Notes: generated by a model not told the origin, from the letters alone. 64,000 bases of DNA from the human T2T-CHM13v2.0 reference genome, Homo sapiens (GCF_009914755.1 NC_060933.1), one strand, 5' to 3'; shown: positions 1-14,737, counted from the stretch's first letter. Translations and numbers: made by a program.

Positions 1-952
1 AGGGAATATAGAATGATCAGAAACTCTAGAATTTAAACCTTCTAGAAAGTAAAAAAAAAATATTTTTTATCTTCACAAGCTGAAGATAAAATAAAGAAAT
101 ATTTTGAGTTTAAAGGCTTTCTAAGACTCAGTTTCATGGTTATATCCCACATCAGGGACTCAATTTTAAAGAAATGGCTCCACAGCAAACATCAAAATAT
201 GGATGTAGTTATCATATCTTCAGTTAGAAACTCTAAATGGCTTAATATGGGGCTCAGCAGATCATTATAATTGGACAAAATGCCTCCTATACTGGAGATG
301 AAAGGTGTAATATCACTGGAGGAAGATATAGCCAAAGGACCTGGAAATGAGAGAGAGAGAGAGAGAGATTCTGCAAAAGGAATTCTGGGTATGACTTTTG
401 ACATATAGGGCTGACTGGATCAAACTCATTGCCTAAAAAAAAATTACAAAAGTACATCAGGCTGAATTTAAGAATGAACAATAAAAGAGAACATTGGGGT
501 TCCAAATTTATACAGGCAAGAAACAGGCTTAGGAAGCTGGTTAAGTTCTAAGAAAGTTATATTCTCTGATGGTCTTTTCAGATGTGGATGGATCGAAGGG
601 TGGATCGAAGAACCATGTTGAACAATGGACTGGGGAGTCACTCCTAGAAGTTGTATCTAGGATCTAATCAGGGTGATTTACCACTCTCAGTGGGACTTGT
701 GCCCTCAATTCTTTTCCAAATGAGGATGTTTACTGCAGTTAACGTATCTCTTTTCATTTTGTGTGTATGACTTGCCATATATACAAGCAGATGACTTGCC
801 ACTTTAATTCATAAGTCTCTAGATCATGAGTTGCCAAATCAGTCCAATATAGATACTGTCATAAGATCCTAGACTTTGATCCTGATTGAATATGAGTCTT
901 GGAGTATCATTGATTTACATCTAGGAGTGAAAATTGTGACAATAGGGCACAC
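1..952 (+). mobile_element. MaLR (MLT1-type) internal region remnant, running off the left edge
   Basis: Motifs resembling the 3' part of MLT1-int (gaggatgtttactgcagtt, agatcctagactttgatcctga), directly followed by an MLT1 LTR start (tgtg at 953). Heavily diverged. Confidence 0.5.
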
Positions 953-964
953 TGTGTTATATTG

Positions 965-1069
965 TTGGGGTAAGCAAACTATAAGCCATGGGCTATCTGG
1001 AACATAGCCATACTTTTGTGATGCTCTTTGCTATTTGACTCCTTTAAGGAAAAAGTTTGAAGACCTTTG
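965..1069. mobile_element. MER58-like hAT-Charlie MITE, internally deleted
   Basis: Degenerate TIRs ggggtaagcaaact / aaagtttgaagacctttg; 8-bp TSD ttatattg (957-964) / gtatattg (1070-1077). Confidence 0.6.
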
Positions 1070-1481
1070 GTATATTGTATTATTTGTCAAAAAATATTTT
1101 CCTTCTCCCCTTCCTCACCCAACTAATGCCATGTGAGCAGAGTGGAGATACTTCCTTGATCCATTATCTTTGGGTTTGATCATGTGATTTGTTTTGGCCA
1201 GTTGAATGTGGGTGGAAGGGTTACTATACAAGTTCTAATACGAAGTGCTAAGAGGCATTGCACATTTCTCTTCACCTCACTTGTGCTTAGACAACTCACC
1301 ATGATAGAAACATATGCTGGGTAACTGCTGGGCCCCAAATGAGAAAATACATCAAATATATCTCAGCTAAACCTTAACTTGGGCTAGGCCCAGGTTATCC
1401 TCACTAAGCTCTGCAAAGACCAAATGCACATGCAGAAAGATCTGTGACAGACGAAAGAATATTTGTTTTTATAAGCCACTG

Positions 1482-2284
1482 TGTTATATGTAATAAATAA
1501 ATATTTGGTCTTTATTGACAATTCCTGGCACAAAGCTCCTAAGATCCCTGGAATTTACTATCTTTTGTATGCTAATGATATACCTGATAAGGGTGCCCTA
1601 GATGGCTTCATGGTGCGGGCTGGTCACCAGAAAATCCTATCATGTGATTAGAAGGTTAGAACTTTCAGCCCCACATCCCAGCCTCTGGGGAAGAGAAAGG
1701 GCTGGAAATTGAGTTCAGTCATCAATAGCCAATGATTTAACCAATCATGCCTTCATAATGACACCTCCATGAAAACTCTTGAACTATGAGATTCAGAGAG
1801 CTTCTGGGTTGGTAAACACATTGATGTGCCAGGAGGGTGGTCAGCCCAGAGAAGGCATAGAAGCTCTCCATCTCCCACCCCCTCCACTTCCTACCAATAC
1901 TCTGCTCTATGTATCTCTTCCATTTAGCTGCTCCTGAGCTGTATATTTTAAAATAAACGAGTAATTGTAAGTAAAGCACTTTTCTAATTTCTGTGAGTGG
2001 TTCTAGCAAATTGTCAAACCTAAGGAGGGGATCATGGGAACCCCTGAATTTGTAGCCTTCTGAGAAAAAGAATGGGTAGCCTGAGCACCCCATTTGTGGC
2101 TGGTGTTTGAAGTGGGGTCAGTCTTGTGGGACTAAGCCTTTAACCTGTGGGGTCTGCATTAACCCTGAGAATTGGTGTCAAAATTGAATTTCCAGGGAAT
2201 TATTGAACACCCAGTTGGTGTCAGATAATTAGTGTGAAAAAATGACACATATTTAGTGTTGAATGAAAGAAAAAAGACCACACA
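1482..2284 (+). mobile_element. MER21-like solo LTR
   Basis: TG...CA ends; typical aaatatttggtctt...ttcctggcacaaagctcctaa, gggctggaaattgagttc, and ttctgtgagtggttctagcaaatt blocks. Confidence 0.75.
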
Positions 2285-2467
2285 ATGAGTTTTGGGGGAT
2301 GTTTGTTACATAGTGTTGTTGCAACATAAACCTGGCAAATGTAAAACAAAACAATTTTCCACATAGAATTTCAGATGAAAACTGTATATTAAAGACATTT
2401 CATTCACTGTAAATTTAGGCATAAATTTCCAATGTTTTAATATGATTTGATATACATAGATTGATGC

Positions 2468-2674
2468 AAAGCACTGTTCTAATTTCTGTGAGTGGTTCTA
2501 GCAAATTGTCAAACCTAAGGAGGGGATCATGGGAACACCTGAATTTGTAGCCTTCTGAGAAAAAGTATGGGTAGCTTGAGCACCCCATTTGTGGCTGATG
2601 TTTGAGGTGGGGTCAGTCTTGTGGGACTAAGCCTTTTACCTGTGGCAACTGCATTAACCCTGAGAGTTGGTATC
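2468..2674 (+). repeat. Direct duplicate of 1973-2179 (part of the MER21-like LTR)
   Basis: Gap-free alignment at constant offset 495; about 12 mismatches in 207 bp by manual count. Confidence 0.95.
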
Positions 2675-3347
2675 TAGGTGGATGGTTAGTTAAAAAGGCA
2701 AACTTATAGGAGCTCCTAAAAGTTTTACCTCATTAACACAACTAAGACTCTGTGATATAAATGTTTTGTATAAATAATGAAATAATACTTAAAACTATTT
2801 TTGTAATTCTTATCTTAGAGTCACTAAATTTAAGTGATCCTTATTCAAGACTTTTGTTTTTTAGAGGAGAACAAAGAGACTGTGAGAGCAGTATGTATCA
2901 ACCCAGGCAAAGATTGCTGAGTAGTGAAACAACTTGGTAGAAAGAAAGCAAATTTCTAATTTATGCCTGAGGCATAAGGCATGAGCCATGATTTTTTATA
3001 TGGAACCTGTTCTACTATATGATATATTTAGTAGATAATCACCCTGATTTCCTTTGCCTGTTATATTTTTTAAGCGTTGTCCGCATGAGATCCTTTTTTC
3101 TGATATATTGTAGGTTTTTATTGGATCTTAGGGGACATTTTCACAGGTAACTGTTAGTCCCCAAAGCAAAGTATGATAGAGGTCTGGCTTAACTGGGAAA
3201 GATCCTAAATGCAGATGACTCTGAGCTATGATTATCTAACCTCAGGTATACTTTCCTGTGACATGGCCTAGGCCTAGAGAATCCCTTATGAAAAAAGTTC
3301 CAGAGAATTGTCTATACACAAGAAGCTCCTTTAAAGTCAACATTCTC

Positions 3348-3809
<462 letters not shown>

Positions 3810-4734
3810 TTAAGGAATTATAATTAATGAAGAATCAACATAGCCTATTAAAAAAGTGGCTTTAACCGAACTGGGGTCATATCTTAATAGCATCATGGGG
3901 CTGAAGGAGAACAGACAAACATTTATTGAATATCTGAGCTGGATATTGTATACCTTTAGAGTGAAACTTTTGAGTGTTTGTTCTAAGGTATAACATTGTA
4001 TCTGATGTAAAAATACACTGAAATTGTAAGGATTAATGACAAGTAATAAGTGGATCTTGATTTTGGAAACCCATCCTATCTAATTTAGTCCACAAATAGA
4101 TGTGCTAAAAGGTCTGAATGAAGATGGCCACATCTAACCACACTTTTATAGTTCCAAATTTTGAGTGTGCTCTATATGCAAAGGATGCTTAAGGATGAAT
4201 TCATGAACAAGGTTTTCTGCCCTTTGAATTCTATGGAAACGTCTTTGCTCCATCAGTGAGGCCTCAGTCTAGTTTTAACAGCCTGCCAGTGGTTTTAAAA
4301 ATCTTTATTCTTCTCTTCGAAATGGTTCTATTAATCCATACATATTTCTTTGGCTTGGGACAGCCACTGTGGTTCCCCTGGGGGAATGTATTTCAGCTCC
4401 CAGTGCAGGGGCTACTCACTGTGAGAAGAGCCAGGTCCTAGTTTCGCAGCTCGGATTCTTCCCAAGTATTGCTAAGTGGCATCTGCTGTGGAGCTGCTCT
4501 GTAATAGCCGCTCTTCTGAGACTTAAGAATTCATTATTTTCAAGAAGTCTGTGAGAACCAAAACCAAAACTGAAATCTGTCGGACTCATTTTCTTCTTCA
4601 GAAATCCAGAGACCTTTGCAGACTAAACAGAACACACCATTGCTCTTGTCAACTTGCTACTGTTCCTCTGTGTCCTCTGCTTAGTGCAGCCTGAGTCAAT
4701 CATTGTCTCCGCCACGGTCTTGGAGCCATGTCCT

Positions 4735-4750
4735 TAGCGCCCCCTCTAGG
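4735..4750 (-). promoter_or_regulatory. Candidate CTCF motif
   Basis: Minus strand reads CCTAGAGGGGGCGCTA, matching the CC...AGGGGGCGCTA core with an intact CpG. AP-1 TGAGTCA lies at 4692-4698. Motif only; binding not shown. Confidence 0.45.
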
Positions 4751-5821
4751 TTCCATGCGGAGTGCCGACAATCAGCCCTCCATTCCTTGAGCAGAGGGAA
4801 TTTATTTGCTCTTATTTCCAAAGGCAATCTCATATCTCAAAGACCCTAAAGGGAAAGGCCAGAGAACGCTTCTCCTGCCTGAGTCTCAAGGGCTTTGCTG
4901 CATATACCCTCCTGTTCGTAAAAGGGAGTCCTGGGATCTTTATTTTCTGTCTCAGTGGTTTTCTCCATCTGCTGTGAGATACAGCCAGGACATCTGAAGT
5001 GAGGCCAAACCCAGCTAGTTTGGCTGATTTTAAGCAGGTGAGAAGTTACTTTTTACCTAGAAACAAGCTTTAATATTATAGTTTGAAACTGGCATGCAGT
5101 CTCCATGGCTGGAGGCTACTTTATTCCTCTGACATAGATGACTGAGAGGCCTTGGAACATAAATATATGCAATAAGCCAATAATTCTGCCTGCCTTTCTG
5201 CTGCTCCTACAGGGTATCTCAGTGCTGGCAAACAGAAGGGTAATGGGAATTAGAAGGAGGGGGAAAACAGCAATAAAAATATAAATCAAAGAAAGAAGGA
5301 AATCCATTTGCTCCTTGGCAGCAGAGACACTGCTCAGCTAATCCATGCTGAGTGCAATCCAATACTCCTTTATATAATCCTGTGCCGGTGGAAGAAAATT
5401 AAAGTTTAATGCAATAACGGCTGACACAAATCACTTTTGTTGCCCAGAAGCAGATTAAAGAATAGTTAAAATCATACAAATCTAATTTCTTTTGTTGTTG
5501 TTGTTGTTGTTGCTTTATTCTGTAACATCTTGATGCTTTAATCCTTAGCATCAGTTTTTTATTATTAAACATATATTACCAACATAAGAAAGATTGTGGG
5601 AAAAACAGTGACAGCCAGGAAATGATTCGTGCTCAAATGGTACATGTTAAAGCTCTTTCAAAATCCATAAATTTTTCATAGGTTCATAGAGGTCCGTGCC
5701 TTTAATCAATTCGTGTCAAGGGGATTTTAAAATAAGCATAAAGGTAATGGAATGCTATCAATCATAATTGGGGCTGGAAAGAACCATCACAGCCCATCAG
5801 CTACCGCTCTTGCATTGTGTA

Positions 5822-5825
<4 letters not shown>

Positions 5826-5868
<43 letters not shown>
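5826..5868. repeat. (TG)n microsatellite
   Basis: About 21 perfect TG units. Confidence 0.97.
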
Positions 5869-5871
<3 letters not shown>

Positions 5872-6535
5872 GTGCACATATGTGTTGGCATGGTGCATTT
5901 CTGTTTTCTATTTTTGATTACTGCCATCAATGGGACAATTTGAGGACTTTATATACAGATAGACATGAATTTAAAAATAAAACTTAATTGTGGCTGCAAT
6001 TTCTTCCTTTCTTGCCCCTTTTATAATAATTACTATATCTGTGGTGATAGTGACTTGTCTCATCTGTGCAATAGACTAGCTTCATCAGAACAAAAGCATT
6101 TTCACATATAAAGGTTTCCCACTGTTTAACCTACATAAAATGGCCCTACCTGGATACAAGTGCCACAAAGGGTTTAGCATCCCCCTGCCCTATCCAAGGA
6201 CCCACAAACAAACAATATCATAGAAGGAAAATTCATGCAAGTTCCTTCATAACAAAATTTTGACAAGATAGAGAAGCTTTTGCAGAAATTTCTGCTGGAA
6301 TTAAGTCAAACTTTTGTTTTCATTGTATGAGTTCCCAGTAATACTCTCTAGGTGTTTCCCATACAAAATTTTGAAATAATCTCTATTCCATTTCTTAGGA
6401 ACTTTGTGGCTGAGAGGAATTACCCATATTCAGTTCATAATGTCATCAAGGGATTTCCAAGGAAAGAGAGTTCTGAATGTATGCCTTATTTGTCCTATCA
6501 GTAGAATTTTTTTTCTCCTTTTAAGCAAAATCTGA

Positions 6536-6561
6536 GTGTGTGTGTGTGTGTGTGTGTGTGT
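6536..6561. repeat. (GT)n microsatellite
   Basis: About 13 GT units. Confidence 0.95.
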
Positions 6562-6562
6562 T

Positions 6563-6947
6563 TTAACTTTCATGATGGAAAGTTTCAGACATAAAGGTAT
6601 GGAGTATGGTATCGTCCAACTTGAATAATTACTGACTAATGTCCAATTATGTTTCACCCATATTCTATCCATTCTCCCCACCCCCTGATTATTTTGAAGC
6701 AAATCTCTGTTATCATTTATAATACTGTAAGTATTTCAGCATATATCTCCAAGGAATTCTTTTTCAAAATATGACCATTACACAACTTAGAAATTGACAA
6801 TAATGTCTAAATATCATTAAATATCCAGTCACCTGTTCAAGTTTCCATGATTGTCTCATAAATGCTTATTTTTAAAATGTGTTGTATTTGCTCACATCGG
6901 GATTGAAATAATTTTCCCAATTATAATTGGTTGATATATCTCTTAAG
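6563..6947 (-). mobile_element. Ancient L1 (L1MC/L1ME-like) 3' fragment
   Basis: ttattttgaagcaaatc...gtaagtatttcagcatatatctc and aatatcattaaatatccagtca resemble the L1MC-type 3'UTR in antisense. Confidence 0.55.
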
Positions 6948-6954
6948 TAGAAAT

Positions 6955-7372
6955 TGTAGTGGTGTGAAGAAGCACTGCCCAGATTCCCATTTATTGAATG
7001 ACTTGTTGTCCAGCTACTGGGAGTTCAGCAGTCAGCTTCTAGCTCTCGGCCCCTTCTGAATTGCCCCAGCTGCAGAAAGCTACATCACTCAAGGGTAAAC
7101 CCTTCCTGAGACAGCCCAAATCTAATAAATAATTGCAGCAAGGATATGAAGTCCCAACCATTTAATCCACTCTGGGACACATTCATGTCATGTACACTTG
7201 AGAGCTTCCCGTGGGTTTGGCCAAGGCTTTGTGGGCCTACACCACAGTTTGACTTCTCTCTTTGACCAATCCTGCTTTATCCTCCTCATTTCCACAGATA
7301 TAGATCCCTAATCAACATCTAGCATGCTATGTTCCATTTCATCATTTGCTTCCAGAGAAGCTAACTTGTGAT
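6955..7372 (+). mobile_element. LTR16-family (ERVL) solo LTR
   Basis: tgtagtgg start, gcccagattccc, gaattgccccag, cagcccaaatctaat; homologous in layout to 62907-63320. Confidence 0.65.
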
Positions 7373-8149
7373 AGATGTATTTCCAGAGATATTTTATTGT
7401 CATGTTTTATTCTAGTGAAACAAACTATAATGGATCTGCCTATTACAAACTTACAGTCAGTTTCAAATATAATTCCTTCAGACTTACAATAAAGTGCAAT
7501 GTATTTGATAAATGGCAGAAACTCTCTGACTCAGATAGAGCATTTTAGGGCTACTTTCTTTGGATAATTTGAATAGGAATTAAAAAAGAAAACCTTTCCT
7601 ATTTCCTGCTGCAATGCCTGAATATATCAACTTGATATCTTCAGTAACAATGCCCATGGCAAAGAGAGCATGTCATCACTCAACTCTTCGTTTCTTAAGA
7701 AGAGAGAAAAGGGTCTTTTTTGGTAGGTTTGATACTTTATTTGCACTGGATTGGATTTGACTCTAAAAACATATTATTATGACTGAGGACTGAGTAGTGG
7801 TAGGGTGATTATTTCAAAATACAGTAGAAGAAATGGAACATAAGAAAACAATAGAATTACAAACACACTAGAGCATTGCCGATGCTTCAAACTGCATCTA
7901 AAATTAGGAGGATGAGATTAAGCAGATGAGAAATAACTCATTGTTAAAAATAAGAAAAAGACATTTTGCTAAGAAAGTGTGGTTGGAAAGTGTTTATTGT
8001 TTTTCTTTAGTGCTGCAGGCTAGTTTGAATTTTCGTAACATGTATTAGTTTTTTTAAACATTAAAGTGTAAGGGAGAAATGACCTTTAATTTCACCATCC
8101 AGATAGTTCTTCTAGCAAAAAAAGAAAAAGTATGAATAAAAATCAATTA

Positions 8150-11100
8150 TTCAAGAGATGAAGAAGGACATTATATATTAATGAAAGTTTCAATACAGTA
8201 AGAAAGTATAATAATTATAAACATTTAAACACCTAATGACAGAACATCAAACATATGAAGCAAATACTGATGACATTCAAGGGGAAAATATACAGTTCTA
8301 CAATAATATTTGGAGACTTCAACACCCCACTCTCAAAAATGGATAGACCAACTATACATAAAATGATTAAGGAAACAGAAGATTTAAATAATACACATTC
8401 TTCTCAAGTGCACGTGGGACATTTTTTCAATTTAGGCCAAGTGTTAGGCTGCAAATTCGGTCTCAATAGATTTAAACAGATATCATACAAAGTATCTTCT
8501 CAGACCACAACAGATTGAAGTTAAAAATCAGTAACAGAAATAAAACTGAAAAATTCACAACTTCATAGAAATTAAATAACACACTCTGAATTAATAGATC
8601 AAAGAAGAAATAAAAAAGGAATTAGAAAATACTTAACAACAGATTAAAACAAAACCATCACATAGCCCAATTTATGGGACACAGCAAAATCAGTGCTAAG
8701 AAAGAAATGTATTGCTATAAGATCTTACATTAAAAAATAAAAACAGTTTAAAATTAACAACCTAACTTTACAACTTAAGGGACTATGAAAAGAAGAACAA
8801 AGTAACTCAAAGCAGAAAGGAGGAAATAAAGAATAGCACAGAGATCAATGAAATAGAGAATAGGAAAACAATAGAGAAAAATCAATGAAACCAAAAGTTG
8901 GTCTTAGAAAATATGAACAAAAGTGAAAACCTTTAGCTAGAACTAAGAAAAAGGAGAGAAGATTCAAATAACTAAAATCAGAAATAAAAAATGGGGACAT
9001 TACTAACATTTCTACAGAAATAAAAGAATTATAAGAGAGTACAATGAACAACTGTATGCCAACATATTGGATAACCTGGATGAAATGGACAAATTTGTGG
9101 AAACACAAAACCTACCAAGGCTAAATCATTAAGAAATAGACAATCTGAATAGACCTGTTATTTGTAAAAAAGATTGAATCAGTATTCAAAAATCTACCAA
9201 CAAAGAAAACCCTCAAACCTAATGGCTTCACTGGAGAATTCTACTGAACATTTAAAGAAAAACCAATGCCACACCTTCTCAAATTTGTCCAAAAAAATTG
9301 AAGAGGAGGGAGAACTTTCTGACTTATTTTATGAGGCCAGCATTATGCTGATATCAAATCCAGACAAAGACATCACAAGAAAAGAAAACTAGAAAACTAT
9401 AGACCAATATCCTTTGTGAACATTGATGCCAAAATGTTTAATGAAATATTAACAAGCTGACTTCAGTAGCATATTAACAGGATTATACACCACAACTAAG
9501 TGGAATTTATTCCTGGAATACAAGGATAGTTCAGCATACAAAAATTGACCAATATAATGCACCACATTAACAGAATGAAGGAAAAATGTCAAGTGATTAT
9601 CTCAATTGATGCATTTGACAAAATTCAACATCCTTTCATGATAAAACACTCAATAGATTAAGAATAGTAGGAAACTGCCTAAACATAATAAAAATCATAT
9701 AAGAAAAACCACAGCAAACATTGGTTAAATTACGTTTAGCCTAAAGCTGGCTACAGCTGCCTAAAGCTACCTCCTGACATATTTTATGTTTGGCCAGAAG
9801 GTTTCTCTGTACATGGTGAATGGAAACCTAACTGGATGCATAACACACTGTAACCTACTCTTGTAACCTCAATGTGCCAATTGCTGAGTTTTGGCCAATC
9901 CAAAGTGGCCAACTGTTCTACCATGTTCAAGTAAGGCAAATACAGGGGCGTAATCAATCTGACTGTTTCTGTATCTTATTTCTGTTTGCTGTACATCATT
10001 TTCCTTTTTCTGTCCACAAATCTTTGATCATATGGCAACGCCAGAGCCTCTCTGAACTTACTCTGGGTAAAGGACTTCCCAATTGATGAACTGTTCTTTG
10101 CTCAATTAAACTCTGTTAAATTTAATTTGCCTAAGGTTTTTCTTTTAACACATCTTACTCAATGTGAAGAGTTGAAAGCTTTTCCTCTAAGATTAGGATC
10201 AAGAAAAGGATGCTCATTCTCACCACTTCTACTCAACATATTACTGGAAGTCCTTGCCAGAGCAATTAGGCAAGAAAAAAAGGCATTCAAATTGGAAAGG
10301 AATAAGTAAAATTATTTTCGTTCACAGATAATGTCTTTTATGTAGAAAACACCAGAGATTCCACAAAAAACTGTTAGAAATAAGTGAATTCAGCAAAGTA
10401 ACAGGGTACAAAGTGAACACACAAAAATCAGTTGCATTTTTAAAATACACTAACCATGAACAATCTGAAAAAAATTAAAACAATTTTATTTACAGTAGTG
10501 TCAAAATGAATAAAATACTTAGGAATTAACTAAGGAGGTGAAAGACTTGTACAATGAAAATTATAAAACATTGCTGAAAGTAGCAAAAGAAGACAAATGG
10601 AAACACATCCCATGTTTATGGAAAGGAAGACAATATTGTTAAGATGTCAATACTATCCAAAGTGATCTACAGATTCAAAGAAGTTCCTATCAAAATCCCA
10701 ATGACATTTTTTGCAGAATTAAAAAAGTGCATTATAAAATTTATGTGGCATTTCAAGAGACCCTGAGTAGCCGAAACAATCTTGAAGAAGAACAAACTGG
10801 CAGGATTACTCTTCTCCTTTTCAAAACTTACTACAAAGCTACAGTAAGCAAACTAGTGTGATACTGGCATAAAGACAGACACATCGACCAATGGAATAAT
10901 ATAAAGAGCTCAGAAATAAACCTTTATGTATATGGTCAGATGACTTTTGACAGGATGCCAAGACGATTCAATAGGAAAAGAAGAGGTTTTTCAGCAAGTA
11001 GTGCTGGAAAAACTGTATATCCACATATAAAATAATGAAGTTGGACGCTTACCTATCACATATACAAAATTAACTCAAAGTGGAACACAGGCCTAGATGT

Positions 11101-12275
11101 AAAACCTAAAATATAAAACTTTTAGAAAAAGGCAAAAGCTTTGTGGCATTGAATTCTGCAGTAGTTTCTTGAATGTAACATCAATGACATAGCCAAAAAA
11201 ATAAAAAAATAGACAAATTGGATTTCATTAAAATTAAAACATTTTGTACATTAAAAGACATTTTCAACAGAGTAACAAATCAACCCACCGAATGAGAGAA
11301 AATATTTACAAGTCATATATCTGATAAGGGTTCATACCCAGCATATATAGACAACTCCTAAACACAAACAAACAACAACAAAAAACTGATTCAAAAATGG
11401 GTAAAAGACTTGAATAAACATTTCTCCCAAGATAACCAGTAAGCACATGAAAAGATGCTCAACATCACTCATCATTAGAGAAATACAAATCATAACTACA
11501 GTGAGATACAACCTCACATCCATTAGAATGGCTACTATCAAAAAACCAGAAAATAACAAGTGTTGGTAAGGATGTGGAAAAATTGAAACTCTTGGGCACT
11601 GTTGGTGGGCATGTAAAATGTACAGCCACTATGTACCTTTATGGAAATTCCTAAAAAATTAATATAGAATTACCATACAATATAGCAATTCCATTTCTGG
11701 ATATATTCCTCAAAATAATAGGAAGCAGGGTATTAGAGATATTTGTACACCCATGTTTATAGCAGTATTATTCACAATAGCTAAAATATGGAAGCAACCC
11801 ACGTGTCCATGGACAGAAGTATGGATAAGCAAAATATGGTATACACATATTTTGTATTTGTATACATATATGGTACACCATATTAAGGCTCTTACTCAGC
11901 CTTAAAAAGGAAAAAATTCTGACACCTGCTACAACATGGACAAACTTTGAAGACATTGAAATAAACCAGTCACAAAAGAAGATAAGTATTATATGATTCC
12001 ACTTATATGAGGTAGTTAGAGTAATCAAAATCAAAGAGACAAGCAATGTAATGAGGGTGCCAGGGCTTGGAATGATAGTAGTGTGGAAGGAGAATGGGGA
12101 AATATTGTTTAATGAGTACAGTGTCAGTTTTACAAGCTGAAAAGATGATGAAGATTGATGGTTGTGATGGCCACATAACATCATAAATGTATTTAATACC
12201 ACTGGACTATGTACTTAAAAATGGTTAAGATAGCAAATGTTGTTATGTGTATTTTATCACAATAAAAATAATAAA
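8150..12275 (+). mobile_element. 5'-truncated L1MB-like LINE-1 (degenerate ORF2 + 3'UTR)
   Basis: ORF2 remnants (IIFGDFNTPLS; FYEASIMLI; LKAFPLR...[18 protein letters not shown]) broken by stops and frameshifts; L1MB-type 3' end ending in an A-rich tail. Confidence 0.9.
9722..10150 (+). mobile_element. MER57-like ERV1 solo LTR inserted into L1 ORF2
   Basis: gttaaattacgtttagcctaaagctg start and ...gtttttcttttaaca end; L1 sequence rejoins across it (gcaaacat|cttactcaat) with a probable 4-bp TSD catt/catc. Confidence 0.75.
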
Positions 12276-12394
12276 TTTTTAGAAAGCAATTTTATAAAGC
12301 AAAATTTAAAATTCAAAGAATAAAGAAAGGTATAATATGGAAAGGAAATCCTTCCTCTCCTTTGAGTACCTATCCCTAAAAGAAATCACTGTTA

Positions 12395-12614
12395 CATCCT
12401 GGCCAACATGGTGAAACCCCATCTCTACTAAAAATACAAAAAATAGCTGGACATGGTTGCACGTGCCTGTAATCCCAGCTACTCAGGAGGCTGAGGCAGG
12501 AGAATCTCTTGAACCAGGGAGTCAGAGGTTGCGGTGAGCCGAGATGGCACCACTGCACTCCAGCCTGGCAACAGAGCAAGACTCCGTCTCAAAAAGAAAA
12601 GAAAAAAAATAAAA
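12395..12614 (+). mobile_element. 5'-truncated Alu (AluSc-like)
   Basis: Starts at catcctggccaacatgg; cctggcaacagagc; A-rich tail; degenerate TSD aaatcactgtta / aaaccactatta. Confidence 0.9.
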
Positions 12615-12790
12615 ACCACTATTAACAGTTTCTTATTAACATTTTCAGAAAAGAAACTTGAGCATATATCACTGAGCATGTTGGTTTGCATTTATGTATT
12701 TAGTATTCAGCTTTCTGTTTCTGTATATGAAATATGCATATACTGTTCTCTCTTGATTATAGTGCTAAAATAAACTACCTACCTAACCTA

Positions 12791-13500
<710 letters not shown>

Positions 13501-14396
13501 TACTTATTGTGTTATCCTGGATGTATTGATCATTAATCCAAAACAAACAAAACAGCAAAGAATAAAGAAAAGTCTCATCATTGATTTTAAGGATTATTTC
13601 CTATTCCATTTGCTCTTAATTTAGTTGGCATGTTGTTACACAATATTCCTACAGTTTGGCTCTTGGGAAACTGTGATAAATCACAAACCATAAATCCTGA
13701 GTTGGTATTTACAGATTTTGGCAGTAAGCTGATATCTCTTAACTAGCTGTAAGGGAATTATCCGAGGTGAGAATATCACAGAGTAAACAGTGTAAAAGTG
13801 AATTGAGTTTTTCCTCCCTCTCTTGTCAACCTACTCTAAGGCTAAAGTCCTGCCTCTCTCCTCCCTCACTGAACCATTCTAAATGGTAAGGGAGCTGTGC
13901 AGGGCTGATGGTAGCACCTGAAGGTAGTTCAGTTGAGGAAAGTGTCTCTTCTTTACTGTGTCCTTTCTCCCAATCATCTCCTTTATTTCTTTGGAGAGGG
14001 ACTGTATATATTTCAAGCTTCTCTACTTGTCTGTAACCTCAGTGGCCCACTTCTTCAATCTCACATAGGTAATACTGTGCATGTCGTTTTTTCAACCTCT
14101 TCCTCCTTTGCTGCTTTTCCCTTAGTTCCATCTGTTCTTAATCACAATAAATATACAGAGCTTGCAATATTTATATTAAAGAAAATAAAATACATGCATT
14201 ATGTATAATACATACCCACATATATATATGGTCAAAGAAAACACTTTTAAACTCTGAACAGCTACACAGAAATATGGCACTCTTAAGCTGTGTTTCACAT
14301 ACTTCATGAATTAGAGAAAATTTACTGCTATAATAATTTAGTCAGAAAAAAGTTGTGTTACAGCCAATACATTTATAAAGTAATGAGACCACCCAT

Positions 14397-14487
14397 GTTC
14401 ATTCATTGGTAAATATTTATGGAATACCTACTGTATGTTGGGCACTGTTTTAGAAACTTGGGAATACAGCAGTGAATAAGACAGAAA
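14397..14487 (-). mobile_element. L2 3'-end fragment
   Basis: ttcattcat..aaatatttat.gaatacctactgtatg..gggcactgtt...aatacagcagtgaataagacag. Confidence 0.65.
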
Positions 14488-14737
14488 TCATTTTCAAAAA
14501 ACCTATATTCTCTTGTTTGTGTACATGTATTTGGGTATTAGAGATGGGCATTAACATTTGTTCTCACTCTCTCTGTCCAGGGCACTTAGGTTCCAATCAC
14601 TATAGCAAGCCAGTATTCAAAAGGGCCGACATATTTGGTTTGATAATGGCATGGTATGCTACCTGAAGTACAACTCACATGCCTCTGTATTGCCTTGCTT
14701 CTAAAAACTTCTTAGATTTTATATTTTTCTAAGCAAC

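Larger units (their letters stand above)
953..2343 (+). mobile_element. MLT1-type MaLR LTR, split by MER58-like and MER21-like insertions
   Basis: MLT1 hallmarks ctttgggtttgatcatgtgatttgttttggccag and ttttataagccactg. The LTR resumes after the insert as gagttttgggggatgtttgttaca (~2287). Confidence 0.65.
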
